Shown: positions 43,208 to 52,742, counted from the stretch's first letter. The stretch is 54,036 nucleotides of DNA from Mycobacteriales bacterium (GCA_038256525.1 JBBSKF010000005.1:1-54036); one strand, 5' to 3'. The notes: generated by a model from the letters alone, not told the origin. Translations and numbers: made by a program.

Positions 43208-44079
43208 CGCCCGCCGGCGAGGCCGGCCTGGCTGCCCTGCGCGCCGACCCGGGCCGGGCGCTCGTGGCGCTCGACTACGACGGGACCCTCGCCCCGATCG
43301 TCGACCGCCCGTCAGAGGCAGTGCCGGCCGCCGGGGCGATTCGCGCCCTGCAGGCCCTCGCGCCGCACGTCGGCACCCTGGCGCTGGTCACCGGCCGGCC
43401 GGCCGACATCGTCGTCGAGCTCGGCGATCTGGCCGAGGTCCCCGGGTTGGTGGTGCTCGGGCAGTACGGCCTGCAGCGCTGGACCCACGCCGGCTTGGAC
43501 ACCCCGATGCCGCTCGCCGGGATCACCGCCGCCCGACGGTCCCTGCCGGCGCTGCTGACCGATGAAGGCGCGCAGCTGGAGGACAAGTACCTCGCGCTGG
43601 TCGTGCACACCCGGACCTGCAAGGACCCCGCCGGTGCGCTCGCCCGGCTCGAGCCGGTGGTCCGCCAGCTCGGCGACCGGCTCGGTCTCGACGTCCATCC
43701 CGGTCGCTTCGTGCTGGAGGTCCGCCCGCCGGGTTACGACAAGCGGGGGGCGCTGCTGTCGCTGTCCGAGCCCGCCCCCTCCGCGGTGCTGTTCGCCGGC
43801 GACGACGTCGGGGACCTGTCGGCGTACGACGCGGTGGACGAGCTGCGGGCGGCCGGGGTGCCGGGGCTGACGGTGTGCAGCGACAGCGCCGAGGCGCCGC
43901 CTGAGCTGCGGGAGCGCGCCGACCTCGTCGTCGACGGCCCGGCGGGGATCGTCACGCTGCTCGAAGGTCTGCTCCCGCAGTCGTCAGCTCCCCCTCACGC
44001 CGTGATCTCCGCGGGCGATGAGGCGGATCGCCCACGACGATCCACCCGAAAGCCTCCGTGGATCAAGGAGAGCGGCTAG
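43204..44079 (+). CDS. otsB: Trehalose-6-phosphate phosphatase
   Basis: LDYDGTLAPI, TGR, E.K, VHTR, LEVRP..DK, AGDD.GD; close to otsA. Confidence 0.92.
   Translation: MTPAGEAGLAALRADPGRALVALDYDGTLAPIVDRPSEAVPAAGAIRALQALAPHVGTLALVTGRPADIVVELGDLAEVPGLVVLGQYGLQRWTHAGLDTPMPLAGITAARRSLPALLTDEGAQLEDKYLALVVHTRTCKDPAGALARLEPVVRQLGDRLGLDVHPGRFVLEVRPPGYDKRGALLSLSEPAPSAVLFAGDDVGDLSAYDAVDELRAAGVPGLTVCSDSAEAPPELRERADLVVDGPAGIVTLLEGLLPQSSAPPHAVISAGDEADRPRRSTRKPPWIKESG
44003..44065. repeat. Imperfect TGATC...GATCA inverted repeat inside the otsB 3' end
   Basis: 28-nt arms (44003-44030 and 44038-44065), about 19/28 matching, with perfect outer TGATC/GATCA and inner GGATCG/CGATCC. Confidence 0.5.
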
Positions 44080-44090
44080 CGGCTAGCCCG

Positions 44091-46259
44091 CTACCGCGCC
44101 GCGCGGCGTTCGGCGTAGGCCGCGAGGGAGGCCACCTGAGCCGGGTCGAGCGAGGGGCGGACGACCGACAGAGCGGCCTCCAGGTGGGCGGCGGTGACGG
44201 TCGCGGCCTCCATCGACGCGCGCATGGCGGTGAGTGCCGCCTCGCGGATCAGGGCGGTGCAGTCGGCGGCCGAGAAGCCCTCGGTCCGAGCGCCGAACGT
44301 GCCGAGGTCGACGTCGTCGGCCAGCGGCACCGGCTTGGCTGCGGCTTTCAGGATGAGGGCGCGTGCCTCGGCGTCCGGGGGCGGCGCGAAGACCAGCCGC
44401 TCCAGCCGGCCCGGTCGCAGCAGCGCCGGGTCGATGAGATCGGGCCGGTTGGTCGCACCGATCACCACCACGTTGCGCAGGTCCTCCACGCCGTCCAGCT
44501 CGGTCAGCAGCGCGGCCACCACCCGGTCGGTCGTTCCCCCGTCGCTCGACTGCCCACGCACCGGGGCCAGCGCGTCCACCTCGTCGAGGAACACGATCGA
44601 CGGGGCCGACTCGCGGGCCCGGCGGAACAGCTCGCGCACTGCCCGCTCGGACTCGCCCACCCACTTGCTGAGCAGCTCGGCGCCCTTGACCGACAGCACA
44701 TTGGCCTGGCCGGACCCGGCGAGCGCCTTGACGAGGAAGGTCTTCCCGCAGCCGGGCGGGCCGTAGAGCAGCAGCCCGCGCGGCGGTGCGACGCCCAACC
44801 GGGCGAAGGTGTCGGGGTAGTTCAGCGGCCACAGCACCGCCTCGGTCAGCGCGGCCTTCACCTCGGCCATGTCGCCGACGTCGTCGAGCGTCAGGCTGCC
44901 GAGGTCGAGCGTGGCTCCCTCCATCGAGGTCGCCCGCACCACCTCCAGCGCAGCGTCGAAGTCGGCCTGCGCGAGGCTTGGCGCCTCTTGTTCGCGCTGT
45001 CGGGAGGCGGCTCGAAGCCCTGCTTCCCGCACCAGCGCGAGCAGGTCGGCGGAGACGAAACCGGGTGTACGGCCGGCAACCTCACTGAGATCGACGTCGT
45101 CGGCAAGGGTCACGGTGTGCGTGGTCACCTCCAGCAGGCGCAGCCGCTGGGCGCGGTCGGGCAGCGGGATGGCCAGCTCGTGGTCGAGCGTGCCTGGCAG
45201 GCGCAGCTCCAGGCTGACGCGCTCCGGGTGGGCGGTGGTGCAGACCACGGCCGCCCTGCCGCCCGCCACCACGTCGCGGATTGCGGTGAGCAGGACTGGG
45301 AGCAGCGGGCCGGCGCCGTCCCGAGGGGCCACCGCCTCGATGTCGACCAGCAGCACGACCGCGGGGAACTCGCGGGTGGCCCGGGCGAGCATGTCCCGGA
45401 GCTGCTGGGCGGCGGCATTCGTCTCGAGCGCCGCGAGAGTCGGCGCCCACAGCGTGCTCACCCGGGCGCCGGTCTCGGCCGCCACGGCCTGCACCAAACT
45501 CGTCTTGCCGGATCCGGCAGCACCGGTCAGCAGCACCCCGAGGCTGGGGGAGGCGCCGAGCTTGGCGAGCAGGTCCTGGTGGTGGAAGCCCAGCTCGAGC
45601 CACTCCCGCAGCGCCGCGCCCTGGGTCTCGAGGCCGGGCAGGTCGGCGAGCCTCTTGCCGGTGTCCGCGCTGGCGGCGACGACGGCCGGGGTGGGCTCGC
45701 CGGTCGTGGTGGTGCCGCCTCGCCACCCCGCGACGGTGCCCATCGTGACGAGCACCGGACCGGCCGGCTCGGTGTCGGCGACGTGCAGGATCTGGCTCGT
45801 CCAGCCGGCCCCGACCGAAGCCGTCAGGCTGGCCCGCAGCCGGGCGAGATCGACCTGCGGCGCGAGGTCGCTCGGTCGCAGCGACACCTGGTCGCCGACG
45901 GTCACGACCTTGCCGAGCAGGGCTCGGCGCAGGTCTTCCGGCCGCAGGGCCCGAGCCACCGCATCCGGGCCGCTGACGGTGAGGCGCCTCGCCTCCGTAC
46001 GCGGTCCGGCAGCAACGTCCACGGGGTCACCGTCGCGCAGGCCGAGGTTGGACAGGACCAGCTCGTCGCACAGGACGCTGCCGGGCGGGCTGTCGTCCGG
46101 AGCGAGCAGCACATGGGCGGCGGTGGAGCGCGCGCCGCGGAGCACGACGATGTCACCCTCCCGCAGGCCGAGTCCGGTCAGTGCAGTCAGCGGCAGTCGC
46201 ACGATGCCGTGCCGGTCGTAGCGGGCCGAGCCGCGCAGGACGGCGGAGAGGGTGAGCAC
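44091..46259 (-). CDS. Cdc48-like AAA+ ATPase of actinobacteria (Cpa, Rv0435c-like)
   Basis: N-domain plus two AAA modules: GAAGSGKT and GPPGCGKT, FLDEVD, ATNRPDLIDPALLRPGRL. Confidence 0.9.
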   Translation of the reverse strand: MLTLSAVLRGSARYDRHGIVRLPLTALTGLGLREGDIVVLRGARSTAAHVLLAPDDSPPGSVLCDELVLSNLGLRDGDPVDVAAGPRTEARRLTVSGPDAVARALRPEDLRRALLGKVVTVGDQVSLRPSDLAPQVDLARLRASLTASVGAGWTSQILHVADTEPAGPVLVTMGTVAGWRGGTTTTGEPTPAVVAASADTGKRLADLPGLETQGAALREWLELGFHHQDLLAKLGASPSLGVLLTGAAGSGKTSLVQAVAAETGARVSTLWAPTLAALETNAAAQQLRDMLARATREFPAVVLLVDIEAVAPRDGAGPLLPVLLTAIRDVVAGGRAAVVCTTAHPERVSLELRLPGTLDHELAIPLPDRAQRLRLLEVTTHTVTLADDVDLSEVAGRTPGFVSADLLALVREAGLRAASRQREQEAPSLAQADFDAALEVVRATSMEGATLDLGSLTLDDVGDMAEVKAALTEAVLWPLNYPDTFARLGVAPPRGLLLYGPPGCGKTFLVKALAGSGQANVLSVKGAELLSKWVGESERAVRELFRRARESAPSIVFLDEVDALAPVRGQSSDGGTTDRVVAALLTELDGVEDLRNVVVIGATNRPDLIDPALLRPGRLERLVFAPPPDAEARALILKAAAKPVPLADDVDLGTFGARTEGFSAADCTALIREAALTAMRASMEAATVTAAHLEAALSVVRPSLDPAQVASLAAYAERRAAR

Positions 46260-46384
46260 GCTGCGGAGCGTACGGACCCACTGCCCGCGCGCCCGGTTCT
46301 CGGTGCCATCAGTGCCCGGCCCGCGCCTGCGCCTGGCACCGAGAACGGTTCGGTGGTGGTCCGACTGGTCGTGCAGGTCGCGGG

Positions 46385-47797
46385 TCAGGCGGGTGGCAGG
46401 GCGGCGAGCTGTGCCTGCAGCCAGGCCGCAGGAGGTAGCGCGCTCGCCGCCTTGGCCAGCCGCTCCGACCGCTCGGCCCGAACCGCCGTGGGTGTGGAAA
46501 GCGCCTCGTGCAACGCCGCCGCGGTTTGGGTCACGTCGTAGGGGTTGACCAGGTGGGCGTCCGCGCCGAGCTCGTCGGCGGCCCCGGCCTGCCGCGACAG
46601 CACCAGCGAGACGCCGCGCTCGGACAGCACCGGGCCTTCCTTGGCGACCAGGTTCATCCCGTCGCGCAGCGGATTGACCAGCAGCACGTCGGCCAGGGTG
46701 AAGGCTGCGAGCGAGCGAGGGTAGTCGTCACTGACCTCCAGATGCACTGGCAGCCAAACGCCTTCGGCGAACTGCTCGTTGACCTCACGGGCGACCCGCT
46801 GAACGGCGCCGGTGTAGGCGCGGTATTCCGGCAGGTCGTGACGTGAGGGGTAGGCGAACGCGAGGTGCACCACCCGGTGCCGCCACTGCGGCCTGGTCTC
46901 CAGCAGCTCGCGGTAGGCCTCCAGTCCGCGCACGATGTTCTTGCTCAGCTCGGTCCGGTCGATGCGCAGCAGCAGCTGCCGGTCCCCGACCAGCTCGCGC
47001 AGCAGCGGCAGCCGGCCCTGGACGTCCGGTCGCGCAACGCAGGCTCGCATCTGTTCAGCGTCAATGCCGAGGGGGTGCACCGACAAGCGGGTGGTCCGCC
47101 CCTCGAAGGTGACCCCCTCCCCCGGGACCCAGCGGGCGCCGAGGACCTCGACGCAGCAGCGGCCGAAGGCATCCGCCCACCGCGGGGAGTGGAAGCCGAC
47201 CGCGTCCGCACCGAGCATCCCCAGCAGCACCTCGCGGGCGATGTCGTCCGGCAGCAGGCAGAAGTACTCCGGCGGCGCCCATGGGGTGTGGCTGAAGTGG
47301 CCGATCCGTAGGTCCGGCCGGCGCTCGCGCAGCTGCCGCGGGGTGAGCGCGAGGTGGTAGTCCTGCACGAGCACGGCTGCCCGCGGCGCCGCACTGCGGG
47401 CCAGGGCCTCGGCGAAGGCGTCGTCGTAGTCCCGGTAGGCCGCCCATTCGCGCCGGGTCCTGGCGTCGAAGACCGGAGCGGTGGGTGTGTCGTAGAGCAG
47501 GTGGGCGACGAACCACAAGGTGGCGTTGGCCACCCCGTTGTAGGCGCGGTCGAAGGTCACCGGGTCGATGTCGAGCATCTCCACGCCCGGCAACACCCGA
47601 CCCGAAGCCGCAGCTGCCGCCACCCGATCGGCAGCGGAGAGCGCAGCGCACACCCACAGCGCCGTCCCCGGCGCGGTTGCTCCCGCCACCGCCGAAACCA
47701 GTCCACCGCCACCCCGCTGGGCGACCAGTCCGCCGCGGCCGTCCTCGACGTAGGAGACCGGCCCGCGATTGGAGGCCAGCAGGAGCGGGACGGTCAC
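46385..47797 (-). CDS. otsA: Trehalose-6-phosphate synthase
   Basis: SNRGP, GGLVSA, QDYHL, HFSHTPW, DRTELSKN, DGMNLVAKE, VNPYD. Confidence 0.95.
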   Translation of the reverse strand: MTVPLLLASNRGPVSYVEDGRGGLVAQRGGGGLVSAVAGATAPGTALWVCAALSAADRVAAAAASGRVLPGVEMLDIDPVTFDRAYNGVANATLWFVAHLLYDTPTAPVFDARTRREWAAYRDYDDAFAEALARSAAPRAAVLVQDYHLALTPRQLRERRPDLRIGHFSHTPWAPPEYFCLLPDDIAREVLLGMLGADAVGFHSPRWADAFGRCCVEVLGARWVPGEGVTFEGRTTRLSVHPLGIDAEQMRACVARPDVQGRLPLLRELVGDRQLLLRIDRTELSKNIVRGLEAYRELLETRPQWRHRVVHLAFAYPSRHDLPEYRAYTGAVQRVAREVNEQFAEGVWLPVHLEVSDDYPRSLAAFTLADVLLVNPLRDGMNLVAKEGPVLSERGVSLVLSRQAGAADELGADAHLVNPYDVTQTAAALHEALSTPTAVRAERSERLAKAASALPPAAWLQAQLAALPPA

Positions 47798-47893
47798 GGG
47801 CGCAGATTATCGACGGGAAGCCGATCGCGCCGGGCGCTTCGCGCAGCGGGCCGCGCTGCCCCGTACACTCGATGTCACAACTGCACAGCACCG

Positions 47894-48004
47894 CTCATCC
47901 CGAGGGGCACCAGGGACACGGCCCGATGACGCCCCGGCAACCAGCGTTCTTCCTGCGCCAGGTGCCACTTCCGTCCCGCGCGACGTCCGCGTGGGAAAGA
48001 TGAG
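47894..48004 (+). promoter_or_regulatory. SAM-I (S-box) riboswitch, probably translational
   Basis: CTCATC...GAG GGGC..GGGA..GGCCCGATGA.GCCCC GGCAACC...GGTGCC..TCC...GAAAGATGAG; the 3' strand of P1 overlaps the GAGGAG ribosome-binding site. Confidence 0.9.
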
Positions 48005-48017
48005 GAGACCCGATCTT

Positions 48018-49277
48018 GTGACCACGCTCGACCTTCCCGCCGCCTTCGCCGACTCCCCGGCCCGCGCGCTCGTCTGTCGCGAGTGTCGACATGAAGTGCC
48101 ACTCTCGCCGGTGCACGTCTGCGACCAGTGCTTCGCACCGCTCGAGGTGGGCTACGACCTGGACCGGATGCGACAGGTCACCCGCGCGAGCATCGAGGCC
48201 GGGCCGCACAGCATCTGGCGTTACGCCGGGCTGCTGCCCGCCGGTCAGGACCTCGCCACCCGCGTCGACCTCGGCACCGGCATGACGCCGCTGCGCAAGG
48301 CGAACAACCTCGGCAAGGTGCTCGGTATGGACAACCTGTGGGTCAAGGACGACAGCGCCAACCCGACCCACTCGTTCAAGGACCGCGTCGTGTCGGTGGC
48401 GCTGTCGGCCGCGCGGGCGTTCGGCTACACGACGGTGTCCTGCGCCTCGACCGGCAACCTCGCCAACTCGGTGGCCGCCCACGCCACCCAGGCCGGCCTT
48501 CGCGCTGTCGTGTTCATCCCGAACGACCTGGAGCAGGGCAAGGTCGTGCAGACAGCGGTCTACGGCCAGACACTCGTCGCCGTTGAAGGCAACTACGACG
48601 ACGTCAACCGGCTGTGCAGCGAGATTGCCGAGAACGAGGAGTGGGCGTTCGTCAACGTGAACGTCCGGCCCTACTACGCCGAGGGTTCCAAGACCTTGGG
48701 GTACGAAGTGGCCGAGCAGCTCGGTTGGCGCCTGCCGCAGCAGGTGGTCATCCCGATGGCATCCGGTTCGCTGCTCACCAAGGTGGACAAGGCCTTTCGG
48801 GAGCTGGTCACCCTCGACCTCGTCGAGGCCTCCCCCGTCAAGGTGTACGGCGCGCAGGCAACCGGCTGCTCGCCCATCGCGACCGCGTTCGAGAACGGCT
48901 GGGACACCGTCCAGCCCGTAAAGCCCAAGACGATCGCCCGGTCGCTCGCGATCGGCAACCCGGCCGACGGGCCGTACGCCCTTGACGCCGTCCGCCGCAC
49001 CGGTGGCGCGATGGGCCACGTGTCCGACGCGCAGGTCGTCGCAGGCATCCGGTTGCTGGCCTCGACGGAAGGGTTGTTCGCCGAGACCGCCGGCGGCGTG
49101 ACGGTCGCGACGCTGCGCCAGCTGCTCGAGCGCGGCCAGATCGACCCCACGGCCGAGACGGTCCTGTACAACACCGGCGACGGGCTCAAGACGCTGGACG
49201 CGGTGGCCGGCGAGGTCGGACCGACCGCGACGATCGCCCCGTCGTACAACGCTTTTGTACGCACCGGCCTGGCCTAG
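48018..49277 (+). CDS. thrC: Threonine synthase-family PLP enzyme under SAM-riboswitch control
   Basis: CxxC..CxxC N-terminus, SIWRY, NPTHSFKDR, ASTGN, EGSKT..YE, ETAGG, TGDGLK. The real reaction may not be threonine synthesis. Confidence 0.85.
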   Translation: MTTLDLPAAFADSPARALVCRECRHEVPLSPVHVCDQCFAPLEVGYDLDRMRQVTRASIEAGPHSIWRYAGLLPAGQDLATRVDLGTGMTPLRKANNLGKVLGMDNLWVKDDSANPTHSFKDRVVSVALSAARAFGYTTVSCASTGNLANSVAAHATQAGLRAVVFIPNDLEQGKVVQTAVYGQTLVAVEGNYDDVNRLCSEIAENEEWAFVNVNVRPYYAEGSKTLGYEVAEQLGWRLPQQVVIPMASGSLLTKVDKAFRELVTLDLVEASPVKVYGAQATGCSPIATAFENGWDTVQPVKPKTIARSLAIGNPADGPYALDAVRRTGGAMGHVSDAQVVAGIRLLASTEGLFAETAGGVTVATLRQLLERGQIDPTAETVLYNTGDGLKTLDAVAGEVGPTATIAPSYNAFVRTGLA

Positions 49278-49309
49278 CGGCTGCCGTGGCCGAGCAGGAG
49301 ATGGGGGAG

Positions 49310-49339
49310 AGAGTCGGTAACGGCGCCCTTAGCTGCTGG
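49310..49339 (+). repeat. Boundary motif copy A (dif-like core, 8-nt centre)
   Basis: AGAGTCGGTAA-CGGCGCCC-TTAGCTGCTGG. Confidence 0.45.
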
Positions 49340-49448
49340 GCTCGTCGAGCCGGGATGCCGCCGCCGTAGGCGTGGCCAGAAGGCCTGTCACCGAGACTGT
49401 CGCCACGAGCGCCGCAAGACAGGCAAGGGCGGGGTGCGCCTCACGGTG

Positions 49449-50054
49449 TCACGGTGTGATTCCGGCGATGCTCACACCGTCGCAGGAAACCGTGTCAGCT
49501 GCCAAAGCCCGATTCACCTTCCACTGGCTACCCTCGAAGAGCATCTCGAACTGGCCCGGGACGATCTTGTACGGCTCAAGCGGCGTGCCACCGGGTCGGT
49601 CGAGCACGTAACCATCTTCGACCGAGCACACGAGCACATTCCGCTGCGTGTCAGACACACCCTGAACCCCAAGCACGGCAACCGGCGAGATGGGCGGGTA
49701 GTACTTCTCCCGCTCTCCTCCGTAGAGACTCTCGTGGAAGCCGGCCCGTCGAGCCGTACTCCTGGCTAGCAGCGCCGGCAGCTGTAAGTTCTTCGTATTG
49801 ACTGCCTCGGCCACCGCGGCGAGGTAGGCCCGTAGCCCCAGCACGGCCGGGTCAGCCTCGATGGCCGACAGCGGTGACGGACTCGGGGACGGTGAGGGGC
49901 TCGGCGAGGGCACCGGGGTCGGCTGCGCTGATGGTGAATCGGCGTCACTGGCAGCCGGCGGGGTGGCGGTGGCGAGCGGCTCGTCGCCGCCGCACGCAAC
50001 GACGGACAGGCCGACGGACAGGCACAGTGCTGCTACGCGGAGCCCTGAACTCAC
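49449..50054 (-). CDS. Hypothetical lipoprotein with Pro/Ser linker
   Basis: Lipobox VVAC, (PS)n tract, Cys pair, C-terminal ..WKV..; start GTG 50054. Confidence 0.75.
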   Translation of the reverse strand: MSSGLRVAALCLSVGLSVVACGGDEPLATATPPAASDADSPSAQPTPVPSPSPSPSPSPSPLSAIEADPAVLGLRAYLAAVAEAVNTKNLQLPALLARSTARRAGFHESLYGGEREKYYPPISPVAVLGVQGVSDTQRNVLVCSVEDGYVLDRPGGTPLEPYKIVPGQFEMLFEGSQWKVNRALAADTVSCDGVSIAGITP

Positions 50055-50141
50055 CCGACTGCCCCTCCCGACGTAAGGCGCTTGCTCCCTCCACGCGAGA
50101 GTAGAGGCTACGCCCTTCGGGCCGTGGTACACGGGTGATCG

Positions 50142-50169
50142 ACCGACGCGAACGGCCCCTATCCGCCGC
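50142..50169 (+). repeat. Boundary motif copy B
   Basis: ACCGACGCGAA-CGGCCC-CTATCCGCCGC. Confidence 0.5.
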
Positions 50170-50359
50170 TGTGCTGGGTGCGGCGATGACTACACAGGAC
50201 GCCGGCCGAGCGTCTCGCGAGCGGGTCTCCCGCCTACCGCTCTTACTCCCGCCGCTTTGGCTTGCGCCTCGGGCACCCCAGCGTGCCTGTTGTCGGGATG
50301 CCGTGAGGGTCTCACGAGCGAGTACCGGCCTATCGGCTCTTCAGGGGGTGCGACGCCGG

Positions 50360-50853
50360 CTACACCGACACCAGTTGCAACTGCCACCAGCCGACGTCGT
50401 GCCAATGGCCGAACTTGAAGCCGACCTTCTCGTAGACGCCCACAGGCAGGAAGTCCATCGCTTCGTGCAGCCGCACGCTGCCACGGTTGGGTAGCGCGAT
50501 CCCGGCATGCGCCCTCCGGTAGCCGTGCTCCCGCAGGAGGGGGAGCAGTGTCGAGTAGGCAAGCGCCCGATACCACGCCCGGTCCCGCCGGGGTCGACGT
50601 AGAGAGAGCAGTCGACCGCCCAGCGGTAGGCGGCTCGCGCCCTGTGCCGCGATGCGTACGCGTACCCGACGATGTGGCCGGCGGGGTCCTCCGCGACCAA
50701 GCACGGTAGCCGAGGCGGCACCTTCATCCGGGTCGCCATCTGGAGCCCGTCGGGCGCCACGTCCTCGAACGACGCTACCGACTCCTCGACGTAGACGCGG
50801 TAGATCTCGGCGATCACCGGCGCGTCGCCGAGTAGGGCGTCACGAACGCGCAC
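50360..50853 (-). pseudogene. Frameshifted phosphinothricin N-acetyltransferase-like GNAT (Pat/YncA family)
   Basis: N-half (IY..YV...ASFE...GYAYA...RAAY.W....YV...GRGIG) is in ORF 50341..50853; C-half (AGIALPN..SVRLHE..F..VG...VGFKFG.WHDVGWWQ) is in ORF 50360..50704; shift near 50560. Confidence 0.85.
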
Positions 50854-50950
50854 GGGACGAAGGTTACTGCGGCCACGGCAACAGGGACGTCTCGCGGGAC
50901 GGCGTGGAACGACGACGACGCTGACCGCTCACATCTGAAAGGCTGCCGTC

Positions 50951-51448
50951 ATGGTTCGGGTCATCCGCGAGCGGACTGAGGCGGACATCTACGACGTGGC
51001 GTTTCTCGGTGTATTGGCTGCGGCTCATCGGGACGGGGGGAAACCGCCGGACGCTCCTCCGCCTCGGACCCTTGCGGCCTGGCGCACCGTCTTTGCTCGG
51101 CCCGGCTCTTGGGGACTCGTCTGTCTGGCAGGTGACCTCCTAGCCGCTGAGGTGAGTGGGTTCGCCATCGACGAGGCCGAGCAACCTGCGGCCAAGTCGC
51201 GACGGCATTACATATCGTCCCTCAGTGTCCGTCCTGACGTTTGGGGTCAGGGCTTGGGCAGGACCATTCTGAACGCGGCGGTGGACTACTTGCGCAGGCA
51301 TCAGGTCGCCGAGGTGGAGGCGTGGGTCGTGCGCGACAATGCCCGCGCAAAGTCGGTGTACGGGCTCTGTGGTTTCGTCGAGACCGGACGCAGCTCCGCC
51401 CACGGCGACACGCTTACAGACGAGATGCTCCGCAGGTTGAGCGCATAG
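50951..51448 (+). CDS. GNAT family N-acetyltransferase
   Basis: LSVRPDVWGQGLG, WVVRDNARA..VY..CGF. Confidence 0.82.
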   Translation: MVRVIRERTEADIYDVAFLGVLAAAHRDGGKPPDAPPPRTLAAWRTVFARPGSWGLVCLAGDLLAAEVSGFAIDEAEQPAAKSRRHYISSLSVRPDVWGQGLGRTILNAAVDYLRRHQVAEVEAWVVRDNARAKSVYGLCGFVETGRSSAHGDTLTDEMLRRLSA

Positions 51449-51474
51449 CCGCCGGTTGCCACGAGCCGCAGGGA

Positions 51475-51502
51475 ACCGTGGAGAACGGCCCTTAGCCGCG
51501 GA
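51475..51502 (+). repeat. Boundary motif copy C
   Basis: ACCGTGGAGAA-CGGCCC-TTAGCCGCGGA. Confidence 0.55.
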
Positions 51503-51724
51503 CCCGCCGGCCCCGCCCACGGCACTGAGCGGGTTCGCCCCTTGATCGTGAGGTGCAACGCGCGGCAGCTCACGCACCACTCGTTTCCGGTCGGCGCCCT
51601 GGCCCGGCCTTGCGCTGCATGTGCCCAACGATGCCTAGTCAACCCCGCCTGTGCAGGCGGGAGCCCTTCCACGGGCGCCGAGGCCCTCGAGCTCGCCTTG
51701 CGCTACGCCGACGGGGCCGCACTG

Positions 51725-51748
51725 CTAACAGACCGCCTAACAGACCGC
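51725..51748 (+). repeat. Direct repeat CTAACAGACCGC x2
   Basis: Exact 12-bp tandem copies in intergenic DNA. Confidence 0.75.
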
Positions 51749-51779
51749 CGCCCTATGGCGACGAGTACCGTCCCGGCGC

Positions 51780-52232
51780 ATGGCACGTCTGACCTGGCAT
51801 CAACGGGAGCAGCTCCTGCTCGAGGCGATCCGCGACCTCGAAGACGAGCTCCTCGGCCAGTTGCAGAACATGCACCTAACCGAACACACCGGTCTGGGGG
51901 CGACCGACGTCGCACTCGGCCTGCAGGCGCTGCTCGACGGCGACTTCATCGCCGGCGGAGACATCAGCAGCGCTGAGGACCCGCCCGGAAGCGCGCAGCT
52001 CCTCGGCATCCGACTCCGGCCCGCCGGCCGCGTCCACGTCCGTCAGTGGCCCGGCGACGACGCCGCCGCAGCGCTGCTCGAAGTCCTCGACGACGCCATC
52101 GAACGCACAGACGACCCTGAGCAGCGCGGCGCACTCGAGCAGACACGCCGCGGCCTCAAGGGACTCGCGGGCAAGGTCCTGACCGAGGTCGCCGTCGGCT
52201 ACGCCAAGCGCGTCTCCGGCCTCGACGCGTAG
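51780..52232 (+). CDS. Hypothetical protein (possible winged-helix N-terminus)
   Basis: Protein-like composition, GC-rich third positions, TACCGT 8 nt before the ATG. Confidence 0.7.
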   Translation: MARLTWHQREQLLLEAIRDLEDELLGQLQNMHLTEHTGLGATDVALGLQALLDGDFIAGGDISSAEDPPGSAQLLGIRLRPAGRVHVRQWPGDDAAAALLEVLDDAIERTDDPEQRGALEQTRRGLKGLAGKVLTEVAVGYAKRVSGLDA

Positions 52233-52439
52233 TCGCCGGAACCGCACAGGAACTTGCAGCACGATGTCACGCGACCAGTCGCGCGCACTACAGGCAGGAC
52301 TAGTGACTCACGGCTGCAACGATCCAGAGCAGGAGCCTCGCCAGTTTCAGCGAGTGACAGCGCGATACTCATGCGGCGGCGAACATGCCTACCCGATCGT
52401 CCTGAGCGCGCAGCCGAACGACCCATTGACGATGAGAGC

Positions 52440-52742
52440 GTGGAGGGCGCAAATTTGGCAGAGGCTACTGCTGCTGATGCTTACGAGTTAGAAGTTCGGG
52501 GTCGCCGAACGAATGCACTGAGGACTCCGCTAGGAATCCTTCTAAGCATCGCGTCCTTCTCCGACATTGACCTCAACAGGTACTACGTGGTCATCACTCG
52601 CCGCGATACAGGTCAAGAGGTAGGCGTTCTCGATATGGGGCGTGGGCAGGCAGCCTCCTATGGGGCTGGCGAGCTCATGCGCGAGAAGGCTGCCTATATG
52701 TCGCCTGAGTCCTTCTTGAAGGAATACTCGTTCCGTCTATAA
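52440..52742 (+). CDS. Hypothetical protein (lower GC)
   Basis: 3' part of ORF 52254..52742; GACGAT 6 nt before GTG 52440; atypical codon usage. Confidence 0.5.
   Translation: MEGANLAEATAADAYELEVRGRRTNALRTPLGILLSIASFSDIDLNRYYVVITRRDTGQEVGVLDMGRGQAASYGAGELMREKAAYMSPESFLKEYSFRL

Noticed and set aside
44091-46259. Degenerate Walker B in the first AAA module (LLVDIE)
   Set aside because: As I recall, first-module divergence is usual for actinobacterial Cdc48-like proteins; not evidence of novelty.
49441-49456. 8-bp duplication TCACGGTG x2 over the lipoprotein stop
   Set aside because: Too short; no matching copy at another boundary to make it a target-site duplication.
49870-49925. Low-complexity repeat encoding (PS)n
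   Set aside because: Ordinary lipoprotein linker.
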